Source: Bradymonadia bacterium (GTDB lineage: Bacteria; Myxococcota_A; Bradymonadia; UBA7976; UBA1532). Taken from it: DNA of 64,000 bases. A model generated the notes under the pieces. That model was not told the origin of the DNA, did no database searches, and saw nothing but the letters and a program-made list of their open reading frames with translations. Numbering within the stretch: position 1 is the first letter of the stretch; the number at the start of each line of letters is the position of its first letter. This document shows positions 49,532-61,890 of this stretch, piece after piece. The stretch lies in the NCBI GenBank assembly GCA_046290225.1, contig JBKAGE010000037.1, forward strand, positions 224,001-288,000, read 5' to 3'. The position numbers and the translations under genes were made by a program.

Positions 49532-50647
49532 ATGCAGCTCAAGCACTTCACCGCCCCCCTGCTCGCCCTGTTCGCCATCGGCACTGGCTGCGACGGCTTC
49601 AAGGTCCGTCCGGGGACCTTCTTCGCCCACGACGACGGCCGCGATCTCGTCGCCTTTGATGACCGGCTGCCCAAGACCTTCAACGCCGCCGTCGACACCT
49701 GCATGCTCACCGAAGATCAGCCCTTCGTACGCCTCGAGCCTGGGGATCACCCAGCGCTGTTCGACCAGTGCACGCCAGACACCCGCGCTGATCTCGCCAC
49801 CTTTGTCGACGAAGACGCCGAGCGCTTTCGACGCGTGATGGCGGCGGGCAACCTGCGCGGTGCAGAGCGAAGTACGGTGGCCCTCACCACGGCCCCTCTC
49901 GTCGCTGAAGCTCAAGCGCACCCCGCAGAGCCACTGCCTGACTTGGGCTTCTCCGATCGAGTGACCCGTCGCCTGAAAGTGGCCCATCAGCAAATCTTCG
50001 GGCAGGACGTCGGCCACTGGTTCTGTGACGTGGGCTACCAGCTCGAGGTGGAGCTCACGGGTCTCAACCTCTCGGATTTACGCCTGGGGTGGCGCCCAGC
50101 GGCACAGGCAGATGCCCGTACGAACCTCTTCGAGATCACCGTGGGCTTCACCGACAACCAGGATCTCATCATGGGCAGGGGCCGTGCGGGGCTGAGCCAG
50201 TGTGGGTTCCAAATCACCAACCGCTGGCTGGCCACGTTCCTCGATCCGACCCTCAGCGTACCTGTGCCTTTGAGTGCCGAGGTGAGGTTCAGCATCGACG
50301 TCGAGCACATCGAAGTGGTGGGCATCGGGCGCCCGCGGGTGATCGATGGGATGGCCGAGCTGACCTGGACAGTTGAGGCGAACGTCGAGGGCGTCGAGGT
50401 GCACGACACCCTGCTGCCGTATGTTTCCACCCTCGATACACTGCTGCAGTGGCTGCCACACGTCGGCGTCGATGCTGTAGGCCTCGCCGAGGAGATGGTG
50501 GCCGACGAAATGCACACCCTCTTCGCAGACCAGCTCGGCCCTCAGTTCGAGCTGCTGCTCAACACAGCGACGAACACCGAGAGCGGCTTGCTGATGCCGG
50601 TTACCCGCGGCGCCACCACGGGCCCGGCGTTTCGCTACTGGCGCTGA
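49532..50647 (+). CDS. Hypothetical lipoprotein
   Basis: CAGGAG RBS; lipobox GTGC. Confidence 0.7.
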   Translation: MQLKHFTAPLLALFAIGTGCDGFKVRPGTFFAHDDGRDLVAFDDRLPKTFNAAVDTCMLTEDQPFVRLEPGDHPALFDQCTPDTRADLATFVDEDAERFRRVMAAGNLRGAERSTVALTTAPLVAEAQAHPAEPLPDLGFSDRVTRRLKVAHQQIFGQDVGHWFCDVGYQLEVELTGLNLSDLRLGWRPAAQADARTNLFEITVGFTDNQDLIMGRGRAGLSQCGFQITNRWLATFLDPTLSVPVPLSAEVRFSIDVEHIEVVGIGRPRVIDGMAELTWTVEANVEGVEVHDTLLPYVSTLDTLLQWLPHVGVDAVGLAEEMVADEMHTLFADQLGPQFELLLNTATNTESGLLMPVTRGATTGPAFRYWR

Positions 50648-50748
50648 GCGAACACTCTGGACATCAACCCGACGTTCGGCATACCACCCCCCGCACAGAC
50701 GTTTGCAGCACACGTGTGCTCGCTGATGCCCTGCCGCAGGAGGTTGAT

Positions 50749-51957
50749 GTGCTGAAGATCTCGCTCGCGCTGCTCTGCTTCTTGACCGTGGCCGCCCCGG
50801 CACAGGCTCAGCAACCCACCGCCGGTGAGCTGCAGGTACAGCTCGTCCTCGCCGAGCCCGGCGATCTCATCTACAGCCGCTATGGCCACGTGGCGATCCG
50901 GGTCATCGGCCCGGGCATGGACACGGTCTTCAACTTCGGGGTGACCAACTTCAAGCGCAAAGGCTACGTGAAGGACTTCCTCACAGGCCGGGTGATCTTC
51001 TGGGGGAAAACCCGCAACTGGGAGAGGACGAAGGCCAAGACCCTCAAGGAAGATCGCACCCTCAAGCTGTTCCCGGTGAACCTCACCCAGCCCCAGGCCA
51101 GGGCCCTGCTCGCCCGCCTTCAAAAGGCCATGCAGCCCGAGCACCGGGAGTACTACTACGACACCTTCCGAAAGAACTGCTCCACCATCCTCCGGGACGA
51201 GCTCGACATCAGCACCAAGGGGGCGGTGACCGAGCAGCTGCAGGCCATGGACTCGGGGCTGAGCTTTCGAGACGACGTGCGGGTGGCCTTCGCTGAGATG
51301 CCCGGCCTGCTCGCCGGCTGTGAGATCGTACCCGGGCCAGAGCTCGACGCGCCCCGCACCGCCTGGGAGATGACCTACCGACCGGCATACCTCACCGACG
51401 CGCTGCAAAAAGTGATGATTGAGCGCGACGGCAAGCAGATCCCTCTCGTAGGCCCGGCCAAGGTGATTTACACCCGCCAAGGCGACGATCCGCTGCCGGG
51501 CTGGCCCCACGTGGGCCAGGCCTGGATCTCGGGCATCGCCGCCTTCTTCGCGCTGCTGGCCTTCCTGGCGTGGCGCGGGGGGTGGAGGCTGAAGGGTGCT
51601 CTGCTGCTGGTCTGGCTGTTGCCGGCGATTCTGCTCGGGGCCCTGCTCGAGGTGGTGGCCGTGGGCACCGACTGGCCCGACATGCAGCGCAACGCCCTGG
51701 TTGCGGTCTTCGTGAGCCTCGATCTCTGGCTGCTGTGGCCGGTGATCTCGCTGATGCGTCGGCGCGCCTCTCCGGTGCTCCGGTGGGCCCGGGGCTACCT
51801 CAAGGTGCGGCTGGCGGTGACGGTGTTCATCGTGCTGGTGGGGTTGTTCTGGCCTGCTCTGGGCGGACCACTGCCCATCAGGGCCTTTGCGTTGGCAGGT
51901 CTGATGCTGGCGCTCGGGGCGTGCACGCCGCCCCGTGCCGCTCGAGGGCTCGTTTGA
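50749..51957 (+). CDS. DUF4105 / Lnb-like lipoprotein N-acyltransferase-family protein
   Basis: GTG after AGGAGG; YSRYGHVAIRV, FNFG, YYYDTFRKNCST (His/Cys); C-terminal TM helices. Confidence 0.8.
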   Translation: MLKISLALLCFLTVAAPAQAQQPTAGELQVQLVLAEPGDLIYSRYGHVAIRVIGPGMDTVFNFGVTNFKRKGYVKDFLTGRVIFWGKTRNWERTKAKTLKEDRTLKLFPVNLTQPQARALLARLQKAMQPEHREYYYDTFRKNCSTILRDELDISTKGAVTEQLQAMDSGLSFRDDVRVAFAEMPGLLAGCEIVPGPELDAPRTAWEMTYRPAYLTDALQKVMIERDGKQIPLVGPAKVIYTRQGDDPLPGWPHVGQAWISGIAAFFALLAFLAWRGGWRLKGALLLVWLLPAILLGALLEVVAVGTDWPDMQRNALVAVFVSLDLWLLWPVISLMRRRASPVLRWARGYLKVRLAVTVFIVLVGLFWPALGGPLPIRAFALAGLMLALGACTPPRAARGLV

Positions 51958-53035
51958 AGGCTGCCTCGTCGAAGGGCACACCATCTTCTTTCCAGAGTGT
52001 ATCCACCACCACTTCACCGCCCTCGATGTGACCCTCGAAGCGGCCCACGAGGCGACCCTCGTGGAGCAACGGGCACACGTACCAGCCCCATCGGCGCTTG
52101 TCCTCGGGCTTGTAGACCTCCCAGACGTACTCGAAGCCAAAGGCCTGCTTGATCAACGGGCGACACCAGATGAGCGGATCGAGGGGTCCGATGATGCGCA
52201 TGCGGCCGTCATCGTCGGGGTAGGTGCGATCTCGAAAGCCCGCAGGCGCGAGGTAGAGCGTGCGTTTACCGGGGATCTGTACCTGCTCGATCAGACCCTC
52301 GTCGATCAGCTCGTCGGCGAGGGGGGTCTTGCGCACGGCATTGAGCATGGACCACCACGGGCCGTCGGTCCGTGGCATGAGCCCCATGGCCTCGACGCGG
52401 TTGAGCAGCCCCTCGCGGAAGAAATTGCCTGTGGGCTTCGCCGCAGCCACTTGAGGCAACACCCGCTCGGGCACGTCGAAGACACGGTTCCGGCCTCGGC
52501 GGCCACAGACCACGACACGACACCGTAGCCACAGCACCTCAAGGGCCATGGTGCCCATCTTCGAAGTGCTCTGCCATCCGTGCCAGTTGATGGCATCCAC
52601 AGCGCCGTGATCGCTGAGATCCTGCGGGGTGAGCGGCCCCCGGGCCTTCACCTCGGCGTGTACGGCCTCGAGGGCTTCTGGGGGCACCCGCTTCATCCGC
52701 GCCGTCGAGCGCCACCAGGGGGTCTCTACGGCCTGGTCTCGATACGCGGGGAACATCGAGGCCGGCAGAATGCACCGCTCCTTGGCGAAGTGCTCGAAGG
52801 CGTGGCCGGGATGCAGGTCACGGTAGATGTCACCGCGTTTGACGCCGTCGAGGCGGGCGAGGGCCACCAGATCAGCGTTAGTGCCCAGGGGTTCTAGAGG
52901 GTCGAGCTGGATGCACCGCCGGGCCTCGAGCAGCGCCCGGATCCCTTCAGCCCCTGTGGGGTGCACCACCGCCCGCAGGCCCGCGTGACCCACCAGAAAG
53001 TGCCGGGCCTCTTCGGGGGTCAGCGTGCTGCTCAT
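51878..53035 (-). CDS. YcaQ/AlkZ-like winged-helix DNA crosslink glycosylase
   Basis: IQLDPL (QxD), GPLDPLIW.R, FGFEYVWEVYKP..KRRWGWY. Confidence 0.87.
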   Translation of the reverse strand: MSSTLTPEEARHFLVGHAGLRAVVHPTGAEGIRALLEARRCIQLDPLEPLGTNADLVALARLDGVKRGDIYRDLHPGHAFEHFAKERCILPASMFPAYRDQAVETPWWRSTARMKRVPPEALEAVHAEVKARGPLTPQDLSDHGAVDAINWHGWQSTSKMGTMALEVLWLRCRVVVCGRRGRNRVFDVPERVLPQVAAAKPTGNFFREGLLNRVEAMGLMPRTDGPWWSMLNAVRKTPLADELIDEGLIEQVQIPGKRTLYLAPAGFRDRTYPDDDGRMRIIGPLDPLIWCRPLIKQAFGFEYVWEVYKPEDKRRWGWYVCPLLHEGRLVGRFEGHIEGGEVVVDTLWKEDGVPFDEAAFKRALERHGAACTPRAPASDLPTQRP

Positions 53036-53045
53036 GACTGTGCAC

Positions 53046-53450
53046 TCATGCCTGGGGCTCGCCGTCGACGTAGATCCACTGGCCCTTGAACCGCCGGAAC
53101 CTCGACCGCTCGTGGATCTTGCCCCGATGGCCGTTGCGCTCCTGCAAGAAGGCCACGAACTCCACCTTGCCCACCTTCTGGCCTTCGCCCCCCTGCCATG
53201 TGTCGATGACGTTGAGGCCCTGCCAGGTGGTCGATGCGCTCGAGGCCTTCAACTGCGCCTCGTCGAGGCCACCCCGGGTGCGGGGGTCGTGCGTTTCCAC
53301 GAGCCACGCCCACCGATGCAACACGAAGGCGGTGTAGCGGCTGCGCATCAGCGCCTCGGCGGTGGGGGGCAACTCGCCGTCGTCGAGGTAGCGCCCACAG
53401 CATTGGGCGTAAGGGACCGGTCGGCCACAGTGACATTTGCTCTCGCTCAT
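53046..53450 (-). CDS. ychJ: YchJ family protein (SEC-C-like motif)
   Basis: CHCG....CC, TAEALMRSRYTAF, VEFVA, HERSRF..WIYVDG. Confidence 0.92.
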   Translation of the reverse strand: MSESKCHCGRPVPYAQCCGRYLDDGELPPTAEALMRSRYTAFVLHRWAWLVETHDPRTRGGLDEAQLKASSASTTWQGLNVIDTWQGGEGQKVGKVEFVAFLQERNGHRGKIHERSRFRRFKGQWIYVDGEPQA

Positions 53451-53550
53451 GGGCTCTGAGTGCCATGTGGGTGAGTTGAGGGCAATCATCCTGTAGGGTG
53501 CGTTCTCCAATTCGAGAGCGCGCCTGAGCGCTCGCCTGAGAGATCACGCC

Positions 53551-55332
<1,782 letters not shown>

Positions 55333-55347
<15 letters not shown>

Positions 55348-56028
55348 GTCCATCACCTCGACGGCCCGGTCGACCACGCTGGCGGCAATGGGCCCCAAAC
55401 CGTCGTAATCATTCTGCTGCATGGCCTCGAGGCGCGCCCTGGCTTCCGGCGCCCCCGTGAGGGCCAGGTACCAGGCCGCGGCGCTGCGGCGCTCGTCACT
55501 GTCGTTCATGGCACTGTCACGAGTGATGCTGTCAGACTGAATGTGAGTGATGGCGAAGAGCATACTTGATGCTTCGCTGATCCCGACCCAGTAATCAGAC
55601 TCGGTCATGTGCACGAACTCGGTCACCACCGCATCGCGGAGGGCCTCTGGCGTGTGCGGATCACGATGGATCATCGACAGATTCATCATGACATCGGGAG
55701 CGGTCATTCGGAACGCCCAGAAACGTCTGCTCTCGGGGAAGCTGCGCTCGCCCAGCATCATGATGGCCTTCAGAGAGCCAGGCCAGCCCGTGAGCCCGGG
55801 TTGAGCCAACAGCGTGTCTGCGCCGCGCGCCGTTACACCCCCACCATTCAAGAGCAACGGCGGCTGGCGTGGGCAACCCCATGCGTCGAAGCCGCCTGGA
55901 GGCAGAAAGGCGATGGGGTGGCAGAACTCACCTCGCCGGCTGGACGAGGAGAAGCAGCCCGAGAGGCTCGTGGTGAAGAGCGAGCACGCGAGAATCAAAA
56001 GCGAGGAGGCTCTGGGCATCTGGCTCAT
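55333..56028 (-). CDS. Hypothetical lipoprotein
   Basis: Lipobox LSGC; atypical codon usage. Confidence 0.55.
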
Positions 56029-56236
56029 CGTACGTAAGGGATTAAATCATGAACTTTGGGGTGGCTTGAGGACCCCTCGAAGCCCAGAACATTCACCCTC
56101 ATCACCGAGACGTCGCCACAAGCCCCTTCCCCAGGCCCTTTCGACAGGTTATGCACTCTGGTCCCTTGATGATGACCTGCGCAGGCGTTCGAATTTGATT
56201 CGGGCTGGCGCCTGCCCCTGATCGTGTGGCCTCACC

Positions 56237-57829
56237 ATGAACAACAAAGCCGCAGCACAGAAGCAGCCTCGGGCGCTCTACATGCTGTTCTTCGCCGAGA
56301 TGTGGGAGCGCTTCAGCTTCTACGGCATGCGGGCTCTGCTCACCCTCTATTTGACCCGTCAGCTCTTCGTCGACCTGTCGAACGAAGACGCCAAGGCCAA
56401 GGCCATCGGCATCTACGCCGCCTATGGCGCCCTGGTGTACGCCACCCCATTCCTCGGGGGCATCATCGCCGACAAGCTGCTGGGCTATAAGAAGTCGGTC
56501 ATGCTCGGCTCGGTCCTCATGGCCATCGGTCACTTCGTGATGGCCATCGAGAACGAGTTCTTCCTCTACATCGCGCTGTCGTTCCTCATCATCGGGAACG
56601 GCTTCTTCAAACCCAACATCTCGTCGATGGTGGGTGGCCTCTACGAAGAGGGTGATCCACGGCGAGATGGTGGATTCACCATCTTCTATATGGGCATCAA
56701 CCTCGGGGCCTTCCTCGCCCCCCTCGCCTGCGGCTACATCGGTGAGACCTACGGCTGGTTCTGGGGCTTCGGCCTTGCCGGCATCGGCATGATCGCCGGG
56801 CTCTTCGTCTTCGGTCAGGGCCAGGGCAAACTCGGCGAGAATGGCGATCCGCCCAACCGCGCGAAGCTCAAAGCCCCCCTCGTCGCCGGCCTCAGCGCCG
56901 AGCTGACCATCTACGTGGGCGCCTTCGTCGCTGTGGGCGCATTTGCCCTGCTGGTGAAGTACTACGAGCTCATGAGCTACGTGCTCACCCCCTTCGCCCT
57001 GGGCGTGCTGCTCATCATCATCTTCACCGCCGTACGCAGCGAGCCCAAAGAGCGTGATCGGCTCTTCGTGGTGGTGTTGCTGCTCTTCTTCTCCACATTG
57101 TTCTGGGCCTTCTTCGAGCAGGCCGGCTCGTCGATCACTCTGTTCACCGACATGAACGTCGATCGCATGGGCATCCCCGCTTCGATCTTCCAATCGGTGA
57201 ACCCAATCTTCATCGTCATGCTGGCGCCGCTCTTCTCGATGATGTGGACCGGCATGGGCCGCAAGGGCATCGAGCCGTCGACCCCGGTGAAGTTCGGCCT
57301 CGGCCTCCTGCAGCTCGGCGCGGGCTTCCTGATCTTCGTCGTTGGCGGCACCTTCGTCGGTGTGAACGACATCGAGGTCATGGGCCCCGACGGCAACCCC
57401 ATGACCATCGCCGCCGCCACGGTGCCGGTCATCTTCCTGATCCTCGGCTACCTGCTGCACACCACCGGTGAGCTGTGCCTCTCCCCCGTGGGGCTGTCGA
57501 TGGTGACCAAGCTGGCCCCCAAGCGGATCACCGCCATGGTCATGGGCGGCTGGTTCCTGTCCTCGGCCATGGCCCACCACATCGGTGGTGTCATCGCCAC
57601 CCTCACCGCCAAAGAGGGTGACGCCGCCCTCGCCCTCGGCGAGCGGGCCATCAACGCCGGCCTGCTCGAGGCCGGCGCCAGCCACCCTGAGGCCGTGCTC
57701 AAATCTTTCGATCAGCTCGCAGGCTACATGGAGGTGTTCCAGCCCCTCGGCATCATCGCCATCGGCGCCGGTGTGGTCGTCTTCGCCCTGACGCCCCTGC
57801 TCAAGAAGTGGATGCACGGGGTGCACTGA
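56237..57829 (+). CDS. POT-family di/tripeptide:H+ symporter
   Basis: EMWERFSFYGMR, GNGFFKPN, FYMGINLGA, GELCLSPVGLS. Confidence 0.96.
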   Translation: MNNKAAAQKQPRALYMLFFAEMWERFSFYGMRALLTLYLTRQLFVDLSNEDAKAKAIGIYAAYGALVYATPFLGGIIADKLLGYKKSVMLGSVLMAIGHFVMAIENEFFLYIALSFLIIGNGFFKPNISSMVGGLYEEGDPRRDGGFTIFYMGINLGAFLAPLACGYIGETYGWFWGFGLAGIGMIAGLFVFGQGQGKLGENGDPPNRAKLKAPLVAGLSAELTIYVGAFVAVGAFALLVKYYELMSYVLTPFALGVLLIIIFTAVRSEPKERDRLFVVVLLLFFSTLFWAFFEQAGSSITLFTDMNVDRMGIPASIFQSVNPIFIVMLAPLFSMMWTGMGRKGIEPSTPVKFGLGLLQLGAGFLIFVVGGTFVGVNDIEVMGPDGNPMTIAAATVPVIFLILGYLLHTTGELCLSPVGLSMVTKLAPKRITAMVMGGWFLSSAMAHHIGGVIATLTAKEGDAALALGERAINAGLLEAGASHPEAVLKSFDQLAGYMEVFQPLGIIAIGAGVVVFALTPLLKKWMHGVH

Positions 57830-57872
57830 GCCAGGTGCACTGAGCCAGGTGCACTGAGCCAGGTGCACTGAG
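57820..57872 (+). repeat. 14-bp tandem repeat GGTGCACTGAGCCA (3.8 copies) spanning the POT stop codon
   Basis: Exact units start at 57820, 57834, 57848, with a partial unit at 57862. Confidence 0.95.
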
Positions 57873-57941
57873 TGCGTCACAGCTGTGACCTCATGTCACA
57901 GCCCCTGACCTTCTCCTGGCGCCGTTGCGCCGTTTCCATGC

Positions 57942-57957
57942 TGGCATCGTCGTTGCT
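57942..57957 (+). promoter_or_regulatory. Sigma54 promoter for the pssA-like gene
   Basis: TGGCATCGTCGTTGCT, GG-N10-GC. Confidence 0.7.
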
Positions 57958-57989
57958 GAAAGCCTCCGGGTCACCCACACGGAGGCAGC

Positions 57990-58694
57990 ATGAAGAAACG
58001 CACCGTCATTCCCTACGCCCTCACCCTTGGCAACCTGCTCTGCGGCGTGCTCGCCATGGGCGTCGTCGCCAGCGGCTGGCCGCTGTGGCAGGCCGGCGCC
58101 TTCGTGGGCTTGGGCCTGCTCTTCGACCTCTTCGACGGGCGCACCGCCCGAGCCCTCGACGTCGACGGGCCCATGGGGGCGCAGCTCGACAGCCTCGCCG
58201 ACGTGGTCACCTTCGGCGTGGCCCCGGCTTTCACCCTGCACGCCTGGAAGCTGCACGAGGCCGGCCCCATCGGCCTCATCGCCGCGGGCCTGCTCATCGC
58301 TGCCGCCGCCACCCGCCTCGCGCGGTTCAACGTCGACGCTGGCGCCCCCAAGGTGGTGGAGGGCCCCGCGCAGTTCAGCGGTCTCGCCGTCACCATCCCT
58401 GCCCTCATCACCCTCGGTGCCGCCGCCGCAGACGTCTCGATTCACCCTGTGATGCTTTCGGCATGCGCCATCGTACTCGCCGGACTCATGGTGAGCACCC
58501 TGCCGTACCGCAGCTTCAAAGATCGCTCGGTGCTGCTCATCGTGGGCCCCTCGGCGGTCCTGCTCGCCCTCGGCGTACTCTGGACCGGCTCCCTCGCCAC
58601 CGGCCTGGGCCTCACCGCCGCTCTCGGCGGCACCGTGTATGCCCTCAGCGGCCCGCTGTGTGCTCTGTGGCGCCGCCCGCCCTGCGCCGCCTGA
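57990..58694 (+). CDS. pssA: CDP-alcohol phosphatidyltransferase (PssA-like)
   Basis: IPYALTLGNL.CG, DLFDGRTAR...GAQLDSLADVVTFGVAP, RLARFN. Confidence 0.82.
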   Translation: MKKRTVIPYALTLGNLLCGVLAMGVVASGWPLWQAGAFVGLGLLFDLFDGRTARALDVDGPMGAQLDSLADVVTFGVAPAFTLHAWKLHEAGPIGLIAAGLLIAAAATRLARFNVDAGAPKVVEGPAQFSGLAVTIPALITLGAAAADVSIHPVMLSACAIVLAGLMVSTLPYRSFKDRSVLLIVGPSAVLLALGVLWTGSLATGLGLTAALGGTVYALSGPLCALWRRPPCAA

Positions 58695-58866
58695 GGTCAG
58701 GCTCTGGCGCAAACACACCTAAACGTTTGCGCACCTTCGAGCGACGTTGATCTGTGCCTGAGGCGCCGTTACCTTCGAAACGTGCACCCACAGGTGGTGG
58801 TGGCGCATCTCCACACCACCTCCTGAAACAGCGTCCCCTGAAGTCGGGTCTGCAACAGAGACACAG

Positions 58867-59250
58867 ATGACCACCGATCTGCTCCACAACGTAGCCGAGC
58901 ATCTGCAGTATCTGGGCTACACCATCGAAGACCACACCCCCGGCGAGGGGCTACGGGTGACCCATAAGCAACGCTATGGCACCACGTTCAAGGTCTTCCA
59001 GAACGGCCTGCTGCTGCGCACGTACTTCGACACCCGGGCCGAGCCCCACCAGCTGCTCTACTTCGCCAACAGCCTCAACCAGGAAGCCGTCGTCGCCCGG
59101 TTCCTTCTCGGCAAAGATGGCCTCTTCGTCATGGAAGCCTGGATGGCTGCGCCCTATGATCGAGGGCGCTTTGCAGCCTTCATGGACGCCTGGCACCAGG
59201 ACGCCACCACCCTCACCCGCTCCCCCATGGCCGGCGAGGTCCTCGAGTAA
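58867..59250 (+). CDS. YbjN/type III chaperone-fold-like protein
   Basis: 127 aa; ANSLNQEAVVARF pattern. Confidence 0.55.
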   Translation: MTTDLLHNVAEHLQYLGYTIEDHTPGEGLRVTHKQRYGTTFKVFQNGLLLRTYFDTRAEPHQLLYFANSLNQEAVVARFLLGKDGLFVMEAWMAAPYDRGRFAAFMDAWHQDATTLTRSPMAGEVLE

Positions 59251-59351
59251 CATCTCTCCAGGTCTCAAGCCGCCCGACCGAGGCGCCGAAAAGACAGTCA
59301 CGCCGCCCATTGACAGGGCGTCAACGCTGTAAAACCACAGCTTGACAAGCC

Positions 59352-59367
59352 TGGCATGAAGATCGCT
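59352..59367 (+). promoter_or_regulatory. Possible sigma54 promoter, with upstream palindrome TTGAC-N5-GTCAA at 59310-59324
   Basis: TGGCATGAAGATCGCT, GG-N10-GC. Confidence 0.5.
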
Positions 59368-59426
59368 CTCCCCTGTGCCGACAAGCCAGGGTGATGACGG
59401 GAAGACGGTTGACTGGGAGGGAGCCC

Positions 59427-59888
59427 ATGAGCCTGCACATCAAATCATTGTCCGAAGAGGCCGTTCTGCAGTGTGCCGCACACAGCGAGATGCTCGATCC
59501 ACGAGATCTACACGCGTGGCAGCGCGATGGTGGTGAGGCGGTGGCCCTCGGCGCCTACGAGGACGATCAGCTCGTCGGCGTGCTCCTGGCCCGCACGGGT
59601 CTCGAAGGTACGCTGTGTACCACCCTCACCGTGGATGATCCCGGTGGCACGCACGTGACCCCTTACAGTTTACTGCTCGCCCTTGCCGAGAGCCTGCCCG
59701 AGGCGGTCAAGAGCCACTGCCAGTTCGTGCTGAGGCGGGCCGATCTATCAGTGCGACAGGCCATCGAAATGTTCGGCGGCTGGCCGCGCTCACCGCAGGC
59801 CGGCGAAGATCCGGACGCGTGGTGCGCCGCCCTCTCCGAAGAGCGGATCGAGCGCTGTCGCACCCCAGTGAAGTCAATGCTCGGCTGA
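59427..59888 (+). CDS. Hypothetical protein, GNAT-like fold
   Basis: GGAGGGAG RBS; ALGAYEDDQLVGVL strand pattern. Confidence 0.55.
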   Translation: MSLHIKSLSEEAVLQCAAHSEMLDPRDLHAWQRDGGEAVALGAYEDDQLVGVLLARTGLEGTLCTTLTVDDPGGTHVTPYSLLLALAESLPEAVKSHCQFVLRRADLSVRQAIEMFGGWPRSPQAGEDPDAWCAALSEERIERCRTPVKSMLG

Positions 59889-59955
59889 GCCACCTGTTCG
59901 AGGCAGCTCTGCTGAAGCTGCCATCCTGCCGTGGGCCAATGATATACCTCGGCCC

Positions 59956-61890
59956 ATGACTCATTCCTTTGCAGATGTCGACGCCGAGCTCGCCGCCCTG
60001 AAGCGGCTCGAAGATCTCTGGCGCCGAGAGCACGCCGCCGCTCAGGCTCAAGTCATCACCGAGCGTCGAGAAACCCCACTCAAACTCCGCGTCAAAGCAG
60101 GGACTGCCCTCAGGGGCCTTTCTGTGGACGATGTCGGCGCCCTGCCCGGGCGTCGATGCCGCGTGAAGGTGCAGGCAGATCCGGCGGAACAGCTCGCGCA
60201 CTTTCAGGGCAACGCCGGCGCCCCTGTGAAGCTGTGGTGGTCCGATCCGGAAGCCGAGAATGCCATCAACGCCCTGGTGCACCGCAAACGCGGAGACCGA
60301 CTCGAGCTCGCCCTGGACGAACGACACCTCGACGCGCTGGAGTCTGGCGGGTTCAGGCTCGATCTCGACGCGCCCTCCACCACGTTCAACCGGGGTATGG
60401 AGGCGCTGAGGCTCTGGGCGAAGGCCGCCCCGGACACGAACATCGGGCGTCTGCGCCACGTGATCTTCGGCACTGGAGAAGGCGAGCTGTTGTCTGCCCC
60501 CGTCGAGGGCATCGATCCCACCTTGAACGCACCTCAGCAGGCCGCCGTTCGCGGCGCACTGCAGCGCCGGCCTCTGCACTTGATCCACGGGCCACCAGGC
60601 ACTGGCAAAACCCGCACTCTGCTCGCCATCCTCGCCATCCTCGCCCGACGCGAGAAAGTGCTGGTGTGCGCCCCGAGCAACAGCGCCGTCGACCACCTCG
60701 TCGAAGGCCTGCTCGCCGCGGGGCTCGATCCGATCCGCCTCGGCCACCCTTCCCGGGTCTCCCCTGGCGCTGAGCGCTGCACCCTCGACAGTCGCGTCGA
60801 AGAGGCCGAGGCTTCAGCCCTGGCGAGGCAGTGGCAAGCGGAAGGTGCCCGGCTTCAACGGCAAGCGCGGGCGAAGTGGGCTCGAGGGCAGCGCGGCGAG
60901 AGTCAGGCCCTCAGGGCTCAGGCCCGACAGCTCTTCCGCGACGCCCGGCAATACTTGCAGCGCACCGAGAGCGCCATCTTGAGCCAGGCCCGGGTGGTGT
61001 GCACCACCCTCGCAGGCGCAGGGGGCAGGCGACTCGACGCCTGCACTTTCGACACCGTGATCGTCGACGAGGCCACTCAGGCGCCCGATCCTCTGATGCT
61101 GGTGGCCCTCTCTCGGGGGGCCACGGCGATCCTCGCCGGCGACCCGCAGCAGCTGCCCCCCACCATCATCGACGTCACCGCCGCCCGTGAAGGTCTGGCC
61201 CGTACCATCTTCGAGCGCCTCACCGCCGAACGGCCTGTGCTCTGCCAGATGTTGGAGGTGCAGTACCGCATGCACGCCGCCATCATGCAGTTCCCCTCGG
61301 ACCAGATGTACGATGGGCGCCTCGAAGCCCACGAGTCAGTGGCGGCCCACACCCTGGACGATCTCGACGTCCGCCCCGATATGCTGCGCCCTGGCCCCCT
61401 GGTCTTCATCGACACAGCCGGCAAAGGCTTCGATGAGCAGCAAGGTGTGGATGATCCCACGATCAGCAACCCGGGACAGGGCGATCGTACAGCGGCAGAG
61501 GTGCGTCGGCTCCTCGGCCGGGGGCTCCCCCCAGAGCATGTGGCGGTGATCGCGCCTTATCGCGGTCAAGTCATGTGGCTCAGATCAGCCCTCGCCGAGG
61601 CCCGCGCTCAAGGTCTGGAGATCGACTCGGTAGATGGCTTCCAGGGTCGTGAGAAAGAAGCAGTGGTGGTGGATCTCGTGCGCAGCAACCCCGATGGTGC
61701 CATGGGGTTCCTCGGAGATGTTCGGCGGATGAACGTGGCCCTCACCCGCGCTCGACGATGCCTCTACGTCATCGGCGACAGCGCGACGCTGGGACAACAC
61801 CCGTTCTATGAAGCCTTCATGGCCGCCGTCGAAGATCACGGCGCCTGGATATCAGCCTGGTCCGACGACGCACCCCCCTTCGAGGGATAG
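59956..61890 (+). CDS. SF1 helicase (Upf1/IGHMBP2-like)
   Basis: IHGPPGTGKT, APSNSAVD, VDEATQ, GDPQQLPP, QYRMH, VDGFQGREKE, RRMNVALTRAR. Confidence 0.93.
   Translation: MTHSFADVDAELAALKRLEDLWRREHAAAQAQVITERRETPLKLRVKAGTALRGLSVDDVGALPGRRCRVKVQADPAEQLAHFQGNAGAPVKLWWSDPEAENAINALVHRKRGDRLELALDERHLDALESGGFRLDLDAPSTTFNRGMEALRLWAKAAPDTNIGRLRHVIFGTGEGELLSAPVEGIDPTLNAPQQAAVRGALQRRPLHLIHGPPGTGKTRTLLAILAILARREKVLVCAPSNSAVDHLVEGLLAAGLDPIRLGHPSRVSPGAERCTLDSRVEEAEASALARQWQAEGARLQRQARAKWARGQRGESQALRAQARQLFRDARQYLQRTESAILSQARVVCTTLAGAGGRRLDACTFDTVIVDEATQAPDPLMLVALSRGATAILAGDPQQLPPTIIDVTAAREGLARTIFERLTAERPVLCQMLEVQYRMHAAIMQFPSDQMYDGRLEAHESVAAHTLDDLDVRPDMLRPGPLVFIDTAGKGFDEQQGVDDPTISNPGQGDRTAAEVRRLLGRGLPPEHVAVIAPYRGQVMWLRSALAEARAQGLEIDSVDGFQGREKEAVVVDLVRSNPDGAMGFLGDVRRMNVALTRARRCLYVIGDSATLGQHPFYEAFMAAVEDHGAWISAWSDDAPPFEG

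Noticed and set aside
51878..51957. 80-bp convergent overlap as a regulatory feature
   Set aside because: Low-information tails running on to the next stop are common in high-GC genomes
57820..57872. CRISPR or insertion target-site duplication
   Set aside because: Contiguous 14-bp units with no spacers and no mobile element
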